64,000 nt of DNA from assembly GCA_040755455.1 (NCBI GenBank), contig JBFMAY010000015.1, positions 15,890 to 79,889 of the forward strand, read 5' to 3'. Source of the stretch: Thermodesulfobacteriota bacterium (GTDB lineage: Bacteria > Desulfobacterota > Desulfobulbia > Desulfobulbales > SURF-16). This document shows, piece after piece, positions 17,975 through 27,738 of the stretch. The first letter of the stretch is position 1. Every line of letters starts with the position of its first letter. A model generated the notes under the pieces. It was given only the letters and a program-made list of their open reading frames with translations. It was not told where the DNA came from and searched no databases. The position numbers were made by a program, and so were the translations under genes.

Positions 17975-19054
17975 GTCGAAAAAGCCATTTTGGCTTCCAA
18001 CTCCGAATTCTCACGAAATCGCGTGCAGGGAGAAATAACAGGCTATGATTTCCTCCATTCAGTTTGGGCAGCAAATAAACTTCCATGGGGAGGTCGGAAG
18101 GTAACTGACGAAGATGAAACCTGAATGAAGAAAAATGAAAAAATTCCCCGCTCATCGCTCTTTTTGCAGACAGTTTGAATTTTTTTGTTACCCAACTAAG
18201 CAAAATTAATACCACAATGTATATATTTTAATTTTGCAAACTATATCAAAATGTTATATTGCAGAGTGGTTATTTCTACCCAAAGCTTGCTTGGGTAGGT
18301 GTCTGCAATATTTTTTCAGCAAATTACCTGTTTAGCGGGTGTTTTGACCACTTAAGAGGGAAAATATGTTGGGGAATCAAAGCCTCGTGAGATAAAAATG
18401 TGTAGGCATGTGGCGGCAGGACTGTCATATTTCAAGAAGATTTTAATGGCGCTTCCTGCCGAATGGCTCAGGAAATATTGTAACTGCGGTTTTGGGCTGA
18501 AATGATTCATGTTGCCGGTGGATCGCAAAGGTGATGTTATCTGGTTTGCGCTTATCATTCCAAGTGGAGGACAGCGGGATAGAAATCTCGCAGAATACTA
18601 GATATTTAGTTGTCAAGAATATCAGGTTGGAGTAGATATCCGGAAACCAAATACTAGCTTGTTCGGCGGGCAACATAAATAGCAGGAGGAGGCAAAATGG
18701 CGCGTGAGCATTTACTTCGCCAGCTATATTACCTGACCGATACGCCCGTCTCATTGAGAAAGCAATAAGTCCATCCGTCGTTGACGTCATGAGTCAAATT
18801 TAGGCAGACGAGATTTTTAACAGTCAGCTGAACAGCTGGGGCCGGACCAAGGTAATTGGTTGATATGTTACGATATCGTGTAAGGGCAATAGTTGAATTC
18901 AGGGTTGTAAAGAGTCTTTTTGCGGGAAAACGTGCTCTGTAAGTGAGGGCTGGGATGGCAATGGAAGCTTATGTTGCTGAATTTCATATTCAAAATACCG
19001 CTACCTTTGTCTGTATGGCAAACATAGGGTAGGGTCTCTCTCAGAAGGTTCCCC
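17975..19054. other. AT-rich gene-free island between the cytochrome and the MFS gene
   Basis: About 1.1 kb with no convincing ORF. Composition is visibly AT-rich (roughly one-third to 40% G+C by eye) against ~60% flanks. Contains the hairpin CTACCCAA-agcttgc-TTGGGTAG near 18277-18299. Confidence 0.6.
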
Positions 19055-20296
19055 TTGGAGCATAAACCCATTTCCTCTCGCCGCATGATCTTCAGCCTGC
19101 CGGTCATCGTGGCCGCGCTCGGCTACTTCGTCGATATCTACGACCTGGTGCTCTTCAGCATCGTCCGGGTGCCGAGCCTCAAGTCGCTCGGCCTTTCCGG
19201 CCAGGAACTGATCGACAACGGTGTGTTCCTGCTGAACATGCAGATGGCGGGCATGCTCCTGGGCGGGATCCTCTGGGGCGTGTTGGGCGACCGGAAGGGA
19301 AGGCTCAAGATCATGTTCGGCTCGATCTTCCTCTACTCCGTCGCCAACATCGCCAATGGCATGGTTTCGTCCCTCGGCGCTTACGCCGCCCTGCGCTTTA
19401 TCGCCGGCATCGGCCTGGCCGGCGAACTCGGGGCCGGCATCACGCTCGTGTCCGAGGTGCTGCATCGAAGCGTCCGGGGCTACGGCACCATGCTCGTGGC
19501 ATCGGTTGGCGTCTCGGGGGCCATACTCGCGAACATCGTTGCCAGCACATATGATTGGCGGAGCGCCTTTTATATCGGCGGGGCACTGGGCCTCATCCTG
19601 CTCATTGCCCGGATCAGCGTGGCAGAGTCCGGCATGTTCCGCGCCATGGCGGAAAGGACCGGCGTCAGGCGGGGGAACATGCTCGCCCTGTTCACCGACC
19701 GGAAGCGCTTCCTGCGCTACCTCAACTCGATCCTGATCGGCGTGCCGATCTGGTTTGTCGTCGGGATCCTGATCACCTTCTCGCCTGAGTTTGCCAAGGC
19801 GCTCGGCACGACCGGCCCGGTCTCTGCCGGAAACGCGGTTATGTACTGCTACCTGGGGCTGGTCTTTGGAGACATGACCAGCGGCCTTTTGAGCCAGGCC
19901 CTGCAGAGCAGAAAAAAGGTGGTCCTCCTGTACATGCTTTTGACCATCGCAGGCATTGCCGTCTACTTTCTCCAGGGCAGCAGAAGCCCGGGCTTTTTCT
20001 ACGGCGTATGCCTTGCCCTCGGATTCAGCGCCGGCTACTGGGCCATCTTTGTAACCGTTGCCGCGGAGCAGTTCGGGACGAACCTGCGCGCCACGGTCGC
20101 CACGACAGTGCCCAACTTCGTGCGCGGCATGGTGGTGCCGATCACTCTTTTGTTTCAGTTCTTCCGCCGCTCCTTCGGCCTTGAGGCAAGCGCGCTCATG
20201 GTCGGCGGGATCTGCCTGGTGGCGGGTTTTGCGGCACTCGCCTTTTTGGAGGAAACGTTCCACAAGGATCTGGACTACTTCGAGGAGTTTCTGTGA
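19055..20296 (+). CDS. MFS transporter
   Basis: 12-TM-like hydrophobic profile. MFS motif-A-like loop GVLGDRKGRLKIM. The start is either TTG at 19055 or ATG at 19085. Confidence 0.8.
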   Translation: MEHKPISSRRMIFSLPVIVAALGYFVDIYDLVLFSIVRVPSLKSLGLSGQELIDNGVFLLNMQMAGMLLGGILWGVLGDRKGRLKIMFGSIFLYSVANIANGMVSSLGAYAALRFIAGIGLAGELGAGITLVSEVLHRSVRGYGTMLVASVGVSGAILANIVASTYDWRSAFYIGGALGLILLIARISVAESGMFRAMAERTGVRRGNMLALFTDRKRFLRYLNSILIGVPIWFVVGILITFSPEFAKALGTTGPVSAGNAVMYCYLGLVFGDMTSGLLSQALQSRKKVVLLYMLLTIAGIAVYFLQGSRSPGFFYGVCLALGFSAGYWAIFVTVAAEQFGTNLRATVATTVPNFVRGMVVPITLLFQFFRRSFGLEASALMVGGICLVAGFAALAFLEETFHKDLDYFEEFL

Positions 20297-20444
20297 TGCG
20301 CGAGACGGGGTAGGAGCCAGCCGAACCATAATCAGACTTGCCCTTCGTTTGCGCTTTTTCCATTTGAACCGTACTATCGCCATTGCATGGCGATCCCCCA
20401 CCCCTGTCGAAATCCAGCTGACTGTAACCTGCTTGCCTTTGCAC

Positions 20445-21674
20445 CTACCTGCCGCTGAACACCATGGCGTACAGGGCCAGGACCAGCAGGGAAAAGAGCG
20501 TCACCGGCAACCCGGTCCGGGCATGTTCCCGGAAGGTGATGGACACGCCGAGTTTTTTCGCCTGTTCAATGACAATGAGGTTGGCGATGCTGCCGATGAC
20601 AAGCAGGTTGCCGGCAAAGGTGCTTGACAGGGCCAGCACGTACCACTGCAGCGGCTGGGCCGGGTCGAGAAAGCGGATGAGCAGCATGACGGCCGGCACG
20701 TTGCTGACCAGGTTGCTCATGATGGTGGAGACCGCAGCCAGGCTGGTGAGGCCGGTGAGGTCGTAACCCCGGCTGCCGATGGCCTCGATGATGAGGCCGG
20801 GAATATTTTCGGCGACAATGCCCTGCACCACGATGAAAAGCGCGCAGAACAGGGTGATGAGGTGCCAGTCCACCAGTTCCATGATCCGCCGGGAGCGCAT
20901 TTTCCTGCTGCAGAGCAGAAAGCCCGCCACGGTGATGGCCGACAGTTCCCTGGGGATGCCGGTGAAAAAGAGGGCGAGCAGCACGCAGGCGGCGACCAGC
21001 CCTTTGCCGGTCTGCCACAGGTTAAAGGCCGGCCAGTCCGGCGCCGGCATTGCTGGCCGCGGCCCGGCGGCGGTAAAGCGGTTGCGGTAGATGGCGCAGA
21101 TGATGCCATAGGCGCCGGCCAGGGCGATGAGCGAAGGCGGGGAACACCAGTAGAGGAAGCGGTCGAAGGGCAGCCGGCCGATCTGGCCGATGAGCATGTT
21201 CTGGGGATTGCCGATAATGGTCGCCGCCGAGCCGATGTTGCTTGCCGTGGCAAGTCCGAGCAGAAACGGCAGCGGGTTGAGCCCGGCGCGGACGAGCGCC
21301 ATGGTCAGCACCGGGGTAAAGGCCAGACAGATGATGTCATTGGCCAGCAGGGCGGAAAGCAGGGCGGCAAGCAGCATGCTGATGAGCAGAAAACGCCGGG
21401 GCCGGTCAAGCAGGGCGGTGCTTTTGCCGGCGACCCAGGTGTAGAAGCCGCCAAGGCGGAGCTGGGCCGAGAGGATCATCAGGGCGTAGAGCAGGACAAT
21501 GGTCGGCATATCGATGGCCGCCAGGGCGGACTCGAGGGGCACTGCCCCGCTGATGATCATGCCGATGGCCCCGAGCAGGGCAATGCCGGTCCGATCAAGG
21601 GTCAGGCCGGGGATGCGGCCCAGGGCGACCCCCAGGTAGGTGGCGATGAAGATGATGATGGTGGGTGAGGGCAT
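20445..21674 (-). CDS. ArsB/NhaD-superfamily anion permease
   Basis: 409-aa polytopic membrane protein. N-terminus IIIFIATYLGVALGRIPGLTLDRTGIALLGA is typical of this permease family. Confidence 0.7.
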   Translation of the reverse strand: MPSPTIIIFIATYLGVALGRIPGLTLDRTGIALLGAIGMIISGAVPLESALAAIDMPTIVLLYALMILSAQLRLGGFYTWVAGKSTALLDRPRRFLLISMLLAALLSALLANDIICLAFTPVLTMALVRAGLNPLPFLLGLATASNIGSAATIIGNPQNMLIGQIGRLPFDRFLYWCSPPSLIALAGAYGIICAIYRNRFTAAGPRPAMPAPDWPAFNLWQTGKGLVAACVLLALFFTGIPRELSAITVAGFLLCSRKMRSRRIMELVDWHLITLFCALFIVVQGIVAENIPGLIIEAIGSRGYDLTGLTSLAAVSTIMSNLVSNVPAVMLLIRFLDPAQPLQWYVLALSSTFAGNLLVIGSIANLIVIEQAKKLGVSITFREHARTGLPVTLFSLLVLALYAMVFSGR

Positions 21675-21723
21675 CGGGTGTTCCTGGTGGCGGGATCAGC
21701 GGGGGCGTGTCATGAGGCAAAGC

Positions 21724-22857
21724 CTAGAGCCAGTCGGTCAGCAGCACGCCCACGCCGATGCGGTTGACCGAGGTGTTGTAGTCGATCAATGATTCGCCGT
21801 AGCCGTTGAAATACTGGAGATAGCCTTTCAGCGGCAGCCCGTCGCCCAGGGGGAAGCTCCAGCCGAGTTCGACCGCGCCCCGGTTGTGGTTGCGGCGCAG
21901 GTTGTTGCGCAGCATGACGCTCAGGGTATGGCCCTCTTTCGACCAGGCCCCGGTTAATTCCCCATAGCCCATGTAGGAGGAGATATCGGGATTGTCGTCA
22001 CCGTCCGGATCACCAAGGAAAGATTTACTTTCCTCCGGCAGCCGGTACCAAGGTTTGATGCTCAGGAGAAAATCGCCCCGCTCGAAGATAAAGTCAAGAT
22101 AGAGCCGGTTCCAGCTGCGGGAGCGGTCGCCGCCCCGGCCGTTTGACTGGTGGGAGAAGCCGGCCAGGATGTACGGGTTATTCACGCCGAACATCTCCCA
22201 GTCGTTGCGCAGGGAAACAAAGAGTTCCGGCTCATGGTTGGTCTCGCGAAAGGGGCTGGAGATGTCGTCGTTGTAAGCCTGCCAGAGTGACTTCATGGTG
22301 TAGGCGGCAAAAAGCCGGCCTTTTTCATAGCCGAACAGGTCCTTGGTCAGGGGCACCTTGAAGCTCAGCTGGAATTTGACCTCGGTGTGGTCAAGCTCGC
22401 TGTCGTCGAGTTGCAGCCCCTCGCCGCTCAGGTGGTCATTGTAGCTGGCCAGCAGGATATAATTGGGCTTGTGCGGGATGATGGTGAAACGATTACCCTG
22501 GTTTTTCGACTCATAGCTGACCCGGCGGCTTAGGGCGGACAATTCCTCTTGCCCCGCGTCCGGCGCAGCAGCGGAAACCGCAGGCGCCTCGGCCGGGGCT
22601 GCAGGCGTCAGATAAGTGCTGCAGGCCTGCCTCACCTGGCTGGCGGTCATGGAATCAGCCGCTGTTTTCAGGGTCTCCGCCAGGCATTCTTCGTAGTTGA
22701 TGAAATCCCCGGCTGCGCAAGTCCCAGGGGCCGCAAGGTGAGACAGGAGCAGGGCAGCGGGAGCGCAGGCGAGAATCTTTTGCACGGCGCGTTGCGCGGG
22801 CAGGGGTAGCGGATGATGTGGCCGGCCGCAACAGGCTCCGCCAGGGTTATTGCTCAT
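21724..22857 (-). CDS. pldA: Outer-membrane phospholipase A1
   Basis: OMPLA active-site block GFSHQSNGRGGDRSRSWNRLY plus SSPFRETNHEPELF. N-terminal signal region. The ATG at 22857 overlaps the upstream gene's stop by 11 nt. Confidence 0.8.
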   Translation of the reverse strand: MSNNPGGACCGRPHHPLPLPAQRAVQKILACAPAALLLSHLAAPGTCAAGDFINYEECLAETLKTAADSMTASQVRQACSTYLTPAAPAEAPAVSAAAPDAGQEELSALSRRVSYESKNQGNRFTIIPHKPNYILLASYNDHLSGEGLQLDDSELDHTEVKFQLSFKVPLTKDLFGYEKGRLFAAYTMKSLWQAYNDDISSPFRETNHEPELFVSLRNDWEMFGVNNPYILAGFSHQSNGRGGDRSRSWNRLYLDFIFERGDFLLSIKPWYRLPEESKSFLGDPDGDDNPDISSYMGYGELTGAWSKEGHTLSVMLRNNLRRNHNRGAVELGWSFPLGDGLPLKGYLQYFNGYGESLIDYNTSVNRIGVGVLLTDWL

Positions 22858-25144
22858 GGGTGGCAACTCCTTTGTCCCGCAGAATTCTTATATTGAGCGG
22901 CTGGGTGGTGTCAAAATGGATATCCCGCTGGGGAAAGGGGATGCTGATGCCGCTGTCGCGGAGATATTTTTCGATGAGAAAGCGCACATCGCTTTCGATG
23001 ATCATTTTTTCCATGCGGTTATCATTAAGTCGTATCCAGTAATAGACGTCAAAGATCAGGGCGTTGTCGCCGAAATCGTTGAAGATGACAATCGGTTCCG
23101 GTTTTTTCAGGATCTTCCCATGCTCGGCAACGGCCTGGTAAAGCAGCCTGGCCACCTCCCGCACCTGCGAACCATAGGCAACGCCGGCCCTTACCTGGCA
23201 GCGGATCACCTGATCGGACAGGGTCCAGTTGACGATATTTTTCTCCAGCAGGCTGCTGTTGGGCACCAGGATGTGCACGTTGCCGGCCGTGCGTATCTTG
23301 GTGCAGCGGATGCCGATTTCCTCGATGGCGCCGATGGTGCTTTCAAATTCAATGGTGTCGCCGATTTTCACGGGACGCTCCAGCATGATGATAAAGCCGC
23401 TGATGAAATTGTTCAGCAGGTTCTGGGTGCCGAAACCGACGCCGATGGCAAAGGCGCCGCCGAGAAAGGTGAGGGCGGTGAGGGGGATATTGACCGTGTT
23501 CAGGGCGAAGAGAACGATCATGACCAGCATCAGGATATAGAGGATGCGGTCGAAGATGGCCCGGTCGCTTTCATCGAGCTTGGTGCGCAGCAGAATCCGG
23601 TCGGTGGTGAAACGGGAGATGAATTTGGCGAGCAGCAGGCCGATGGAGAGAATCAGCACGGCGACAATGACTTTCTTGACCGTGACGGATTGATCGTCAA
23701 TAACCCACAGTTCATATTCAAGGGTGTTGAGGAAATTAGCGGCCAGTTTACGCAGGATGTCGGTCACTTTGATGTTTGTCTGTCTGGCGTTGATTTCCGC
23801 GAGAAAACGGTTTTCAAAACGGGCCATGGTTTGCAGCCGGGAGAGATATTCAACCGTGTGTTCCAGTAATTTATCGAGGGCTTCCAGCATGGTGCGCTGG
23901 TTTCTGGCGATAACCGGATCAATCCCCTGCATGGAAAGCTGCATTTTCACGGAGCTGATCTGCGGTTGCAGGCTGTTCTGGGCGTTTTGCGCCATGGCGA
24001 TGAGTCTGTTTATGTTGTCCAAAGACTCGTAGGTTTCCTTCTCCCACTGGTCGAATTCGTCGTAATTCACCTCTCCCTTGATCATCGCATAGCGTCGCTG
24101 CCAGGTCTCTTCGCTTCGGGAGATGAGGCGCAGTGAATTTTCGCTCTGCTCCAGGAGCTGCTGATAGGTGTCGCGCCATGACTGACGGGCATCCAGCCAG
24201 GATTTGCTTCTTTCTTTTTTGAGTTCGTCAGCAATGGCCGTGTCGCTGTATTCCTGTTGCGCCTTGAGCCAGCTATCCTCCACTTCCTGCTGTTTTGCGG
24301 CCAGGGAGGCCATGAGCGTCTTGAGTTTCTGGCGCAGGCCGTCAAGCAGTTTCAGTCTTTCCTGCAGGTCCTGTTCATCAAAGGCAAGATGAGATCTGAC
24401 CCAGTCAACCTGCTGCCGGGTGATGTTTTTTTGCTGCTGGGCAATCTGCAGTTCAAGTTTGCTGTTTTCCTGAATAAAACGGTTGAGGTCCAGGGTTGCT
24501 TCAGCCAGCTCATTTTCCAGTCTGGCAATGGTAATTTGCAGGTTCTGGCCAGGGGAGTCAGAGGTTCCTTCCTGTTCGACTTTTTCCAGTACCTGCCGCA
24601 GCCGCTGGGATGCCGCGTTCACATTGGCGTGGGCGTCTTCGAGATTTTTCTTGTCGTTCTGCTGGGCCGCGGATGCCGCATCCTCCCTTTGCTGCATCTT
24701 GTCAAGTTGATCAAGATACAGGTCATAGGCACTGAGGGAATAGGGCGGAAGTTGCGACACCAGGACCCCCTGATTGGACTCGATCTGATCGCTCAGGTTT
24801 TTCTGCTCCTGTCCCAGGGACGACTGCTTGCCCAGGGCGGTGAGCTGCCGCTGGTAGGTCGCCTCGATTTCCTGCAGGACGGCGATTTTTTCCTGAAACT
24901 TCTCGGCGGGAATGCTTAACTGCCGGGCAAGGTCCTCTATTTTTTCCGTCCTGCTTTCAGCCAGTATCTGCTGAATTTTTCTCAGCTTTTCTTCGATGCT
25001 GCTCTGGGACGATGCGGCAACGGTGTCTTCAGTGGTTTGTTCCGTGGCAACGGGGTCCGTGGCCCCTGTCGGCTGCGAGAAAAAAGTGTTGGCAAATAGC
25101 AACAGCCCGAAAAACAGGGCAATGAAAACAGTTTTTTTCAGCAT
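22847..25144 (-). CDS. MscK/KefA-like mechanosensitive channel (MscS core with a long periplasmic coiled-coil N-terminal domain)
   Basis: Signal peptide MLKKTVFIALFFGLLLFA. About 450 aa of Q/E/L-rich coiled coil, then TM helices and the MscS core GVGFGTQNLLNNFISGFIIMLERPVKIGD. Confidence 0.85.
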   Translation of the reverse strand: MLKKTVFIALFFGLLLFANTFFSQPTGATDPVATEQTTEDTVAASSQSSIEEKLRKIQQILAESRTEKIEDLARQLSIPAEKFQEKIAVLQEIEATYQRQLTALGKQSSLGQEQKNLSDQIESNQGVLVSQLPPYSLSAYDLYLDQLDKMQQREDAASAAQQNDKKNLEDAHANVNAASQRLRQVLEKVEQEGTSDSPGQNLQITIARLENELAEATLDLNRFIQENSKLELQIAQQQKNITRQQVDWVRSHLAFDEQDLQERLKLLDGLRQKLKTLMASLAAKQQEVEDSWLKAQQEYSDTAIADELKKERSKSWLDARQSWRDTYQQLLEQSENSLRLISRSEETWQRRYAMIKGEVNYDEFDQWEKETYESLDNINRLIAMAQNAQNSLQPQISSVKMQLSMQGIDPVIARNQRTMLEALDKLLEHTVEYLSRLQTMARFENRFLAEINARQTNIKVTDILRKLAANFLNTLEYELWVIDDQSVTVKKVIVAVLILSIGLLLAKFISRFTTDRILLRTKLDESDRAIFDRILYILMLVMIVLFALNTVNIPLTALTFLGGAFAIGVGFGTQNLLNNFISGFIIMLERPVKIGDTIEFESTIGAIEEIGIRCTKIRTAGNVHILVPNSSLLEKNIVNWTLSDQVIRCQVRAGVAYGSQVREVARLLYQAVAEHGKILKKPEPIVIFNDFGDNALIFDVYYWIRLNDNRMEKMIIESDVRFLIEKYLRDSGISIPFPQRDIHFDTTQPLNIRILRDKGVATHEQ

Positions 25145-25636
25145 GGCAATTTTACTGGGCAAGCGAAGGCTCTTTGTCTGATTTGATGGCATGGTGTTAT
25201 GGTAAAAATGTTTTTTGGCAACAGTGCTGGAGGATTATTCCCCTGGTCCCTTTTCTCTCAACGCGATAATGGCGAAAATGGTTTGGGAATTAGCAAAATT
25301 GGTGCCGTCTCTGACATTTTTCTTTTTTTGTTACTGCAGGCAGGAAGTTAGCGGCTGTATGAGCCGTCAGGCGATTTCCTGCATATTTTATTCGGACCGG
25401 AAAATCGGCGCCTATCTTACCATGTTCCCGCCATCCATGATATGGCAAAAAAATCGGTTGTTTTGTGGGCGGCAGGGCAAGTTGTGGGCGTCATCAAGCA
25501 ACTCTCTCTGATCCGGAAAAACGGGGTAGCGCAATAGCATAAACTGACTTGCCAACGGCTGTTGCCCTGTTGTGCGCAAAAAACCGTTGGTTGGCGGGCT
25601 GCGGGGAAATTGATTTGAAATTCGGCGCGACTGGTT

Positions 25637-25654
25637 GCAATATTCTCGCAATAT
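25637..25654 (+). promoter_or_regulatory. Direct repeat GCAATAT-N4-GCAATAT in leader copy 1
   Basis: GCAATAT at 25637-25643 and 25648-25654, 11 bp start to start. A related GCATAATATGC lies at 25729-25739. The same arrangement is conserved in copy 2. Confidence 0.4.
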
Positions 25655-25794
25655 GCTCTTGGTGGGGGGAGATAATTGGGGTAAGATGCCGGGGCTGAGA
25701 GGGGAGGGCATGATGATATGGCGGTTGTGCATAATATGCGGGCCTCTTGCCGCCCCTTGTAAATCAAGAAGAAATTTCAACTGAATGCGGAAAA

Positions 25795-26238
25795 ATGTTT
25801 GGAAGATATCCTATCCTGTTGTTTTGTCTGTTGTTTGTCCTTGTGCCGGTCGCCGGTTGGGCGAAAATGGTCAGCATTGCCGAAAATGAGGCCAATTTGC
25901 GCTCAGGCCCTTCCGAGGAAAATGAGGTCATGTGGGTGCTGGGCAAGGGTTTTCCCCTGCAGGTGATCAAGTCACAGGGGGAGTGGCTCAAGGTCAGGGA
26001 TTTTGAAAATGATGAGGGCTGGGTTTACGCCCCGCTGACCGGTGCCACCCCGCATATGATTGTGAAATCAAAACTGGCCAACATCCGCAGCGGGCCGGGG
26101 GAGAATTACAAGTTAACGGGCCAGGCTCGTTACGGGGTGGTTTTTCGCATCCTTGAAAGCACCAAGCATTGGATCAAGGTTCAACACGAAAGCGGCAAGA
26201 CGGGCTGGGTGGCCCGCAAGCTGCTCTGGGGATGGTAG
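25795..26238 (+). CDS. Secreted tandem-SH3b-domain protein (paralogue 1)
   Basis: Signal peptide MFGRYPILLFCLLFVLVPVAGWA. Two SH3b-like units (ANLRSGPS...WLKV..GWVY and ANIRSGPG...WIKVQ..GWV). Confidence 0.8.
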   Translation: MFGRYPILLFCLLFVLVPVAGWAKMVSIAENEANLRSGPSEENEVMWVLGKGFPLQVIKSQGEWLKVRDFENDEGWVYAPLTGATPHMIVKSKLANIRSGPGENYKLTGQARYGVVFRILESTKHWIKVQHESGKTGWVARKLLWGW

Positions 26239-26469
26239 ACCATTATGCATGGGTAGGATCCAGAAAATCCATGTATTCCTGCTCTGGCTGGGCTTGCCCT
26301 ATATGAACATGGTTGCATGTTCGAATAAGTACGCCGTCACGGGAAGTTCGACTACGGCAAATGTCCTCCACGCCGTATTTTTTGTGCCGCGTAAGATCAC
26401 CCGGGCTGGCTGCCGGACAGGACGGCCATTGCCTGCTGGCTGCCCATGGCGCAGGCTTATCGGCCCATG

Positions 26470-26512
26470 CCCTGCTGCTGCGGAACCCGGCAGAAGCAGG
26501 GCGGGTTTTCTT
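26470..26512 (+). terminator. Hairpin with a U-rich tail between SH3b paralogue 1 and the convergent PEP-CTERM gene
   Basis: CCCTGCTGCTGC (26470-26481) / GCAGAAGCAGGG (26490-26501) with one mismatch, followed by CGGGTTTTCTT. Confidence 0.4.
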
Positions 26513-26546
26513 GGTAAACTGTTTTTTTACGGTAACGCAGGGACAA

Positions 26547-27554
26547 TCATTTCTGATTTCTGGCCTTCCTCCGGCGCAGCCCGAGCAGCCCGAGCAGTCC
26601 GGAGCCGAGCAGCGGCAGAGCGCCGGGCAGGGGCACGGCCTGGGGAGCAACCTCCCAGTTGATCTGCGCCCCGTCCGCAGAGGTCACCCCAAAGTCGAAG
26701 GTATTGGCGAAATCGGCCCAGGCCTCCCCGTCCTGGTTGGCGTTGACATAGGTATAAATGTAAGCTTCAATGTCCAGGGGGTTGCCGACAATCGCCTGGA
26801 ATTGGAGGGTCAGCGTGCCGGTATCAAAGGCATGGTCGGCCTCGTAATGCATGGCATCGCCATTCTGGGTTTCCCCCCATGAATCGCTGTGGGACTCATA
26901 GTCGCTGATGTTGCTGGAGGTGCTCCACCTTTCCTCCCAGTTAGCTGCGTAGGAGTAAGGCCAGTAGCTGGCGTTAACATCATAGGCCTCGAGTTCACTG
27001 GCGGCGCCGAATGAGGCCTGGGCAGGCGACGAGCAGCCTTCCCCGCATTCCACGATGCTGTAGTCATAGATTTTAAGGCCGGCTCTCATCTCGGCATGGG
27101 ACCAGCCTGCTCCGGGGTAGGAAGTCGCCTCGCCGTGCAGTGTCCCGTCCAGCCTGATATTGAGCTGCAGGGTGGTGACATCGCCGATCGAAAGTCCAGA
27201 GGTTCCCGGCAAAACCATAAAGTGGTTCGCGGCCTCAGTGTACATCCAGGAGTCGGTGAAATCAGTGTTTGTCGGGGTGGAAAGGGCACGGCCTTGGGCG
27301 CGTAGATTCAGATTGGCGGCATCGGCGCTGCCGGAGGACCAGGCAAAGGACTTCCCGTTTTCTATAACAAAATAATCCCCCGCCACGTTGGACTGGTAGT
27401 GTACGTAAGCATCGGCTTCGTCGTCCGAACTGTAATCTCCATCGTTGTAATTGCCCCACGCATTGTATGCCGCATACCCGAAAACCTGGGAGCTCTGGCC
27501 CAACAGCATGGCCAGCGCTGCCGCGCCCGTCACTAAACGGTATCTTTTCATCAT
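26547..27554 (-). CDS. PEP-CTERM-sorted secreted protein of unknown function
   Basis: Signal peptide MMKRYRLVTGAAALAMLLGQSSQVFG. C-terminal sorting signal VPLPGALPLLGSGLLGLLGLRRRKARNQK. The mature part is rich in D/S/Y/W/N. Confidence 0.85.
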   Translation of the reverse strand: MMKRYRLVTGAAALAMLLGQSSQVFGYAAYNAWGNYNDGDYSSDDEADAYVHYQSNVAGDYFVIENGKSFAWSSGSADAANLNLRAQGRALSTPTNTDFTDSWMYTEAANHFMVLPGTSGLSIGDVTTLQLNIRLDGTLHGEATSYPGAGWSHAEMRAGLKIYDYSIVECGEGCSSPAQASFGAASELEAYDVNASYWPYSYAANWEERWSTSSNISDYESHSDSWGETQNGDAMHYEADHAFDTGTLTLQFQAIVGNPLDIEAYIYTYVNANQDGEAWADFANTFDFGVTSADGAQINWEVAPQAVPLPGALPLLGSGLLGLLGLRRRKARNQK

Positions 27555-27722
27555 TTTTTTCTCCCCAAGTAAATGAAATAAGCAAATTGCCCTGTTTCCG
27601 GCAGATGGCGCCGATAATGGTCATGACAGACTGGGTCCTCTCCCTCCCGGTGTTTCCAATCGCCGTCATTACGGAGTCTCCGGTTCTGACGCATGGGCTT
27701 AAAATTTCTCGGCCTTTTCTTT

Positions 27723-27738
27723 GGCAATTCCTGTGCCA
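27723..27738 (-). promoter_or_regulatory. Sigma-54 (-24/-12) promoter for the PEP-CTERM gene
   Basis: The minus strand reads TGGCACAGGAATTGCC, matching TGGCAC-N5-TTGC exactly, about 170 nt upstream of the ATG at 27554. Palindromes TTTCCGGAAA (27811-27820) and GATTC-CC-GAATC (27829-27840) lie further upstream as possible enhancer sites. Confidence 0.65.

Larger units (their letters stand above)
25516..26238 (+). repeat. Copy 1 of the duplicated unit (leader + SH3b gene)
   Basis: Aligns by eye with 27933..28703. Shared leader blocks are AAAAACGGGGTAG..AATAGCATAAACTGA, GGTTGCAATATT..GCAATATG, GGGCTGAGAGGGGAG and CAAGAAG.AATTTCAACTGAATGCGG. The CDS also aligns. Confidence 0.85.

Noticed and set aside
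25631-25650. Sigma-54-like TGG...GC strings on the plus strand: TGGTTGCAATATTCTCGC in the SH3b leader, and TGGCCATGGTTGCA at 55244-55257
   Set aside because: The GG-to-GC spacing is wrong (13 nt and 8 nt, where 10 is required). The second string is also on the wrong strand for the adjacent gene.
25412-25780. Minus-strand ORFs in the two SH3b leaders (25412..25780, 25417..25767, 27806..28045, 27880..28107) that share short peptide similarity
   Set aside because: The similarity follows from nucleotide conservation of the leader blocks. The frames are not co-linear between the two copies, the products are low-complexity, and there is no RBS.
26153-26882. Plus-strand ORFs 26153..26662 and 26313..26882, and minus-strand ORF 26243..26650, in and around the gap after SH3b paralogue 1
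   Set aside because: They overlap the well-supported SH3b and PEP-CTERM genes, encode Arg/Ala/Pro-rich sequence without motifs, and lack ribosome-binding sites.
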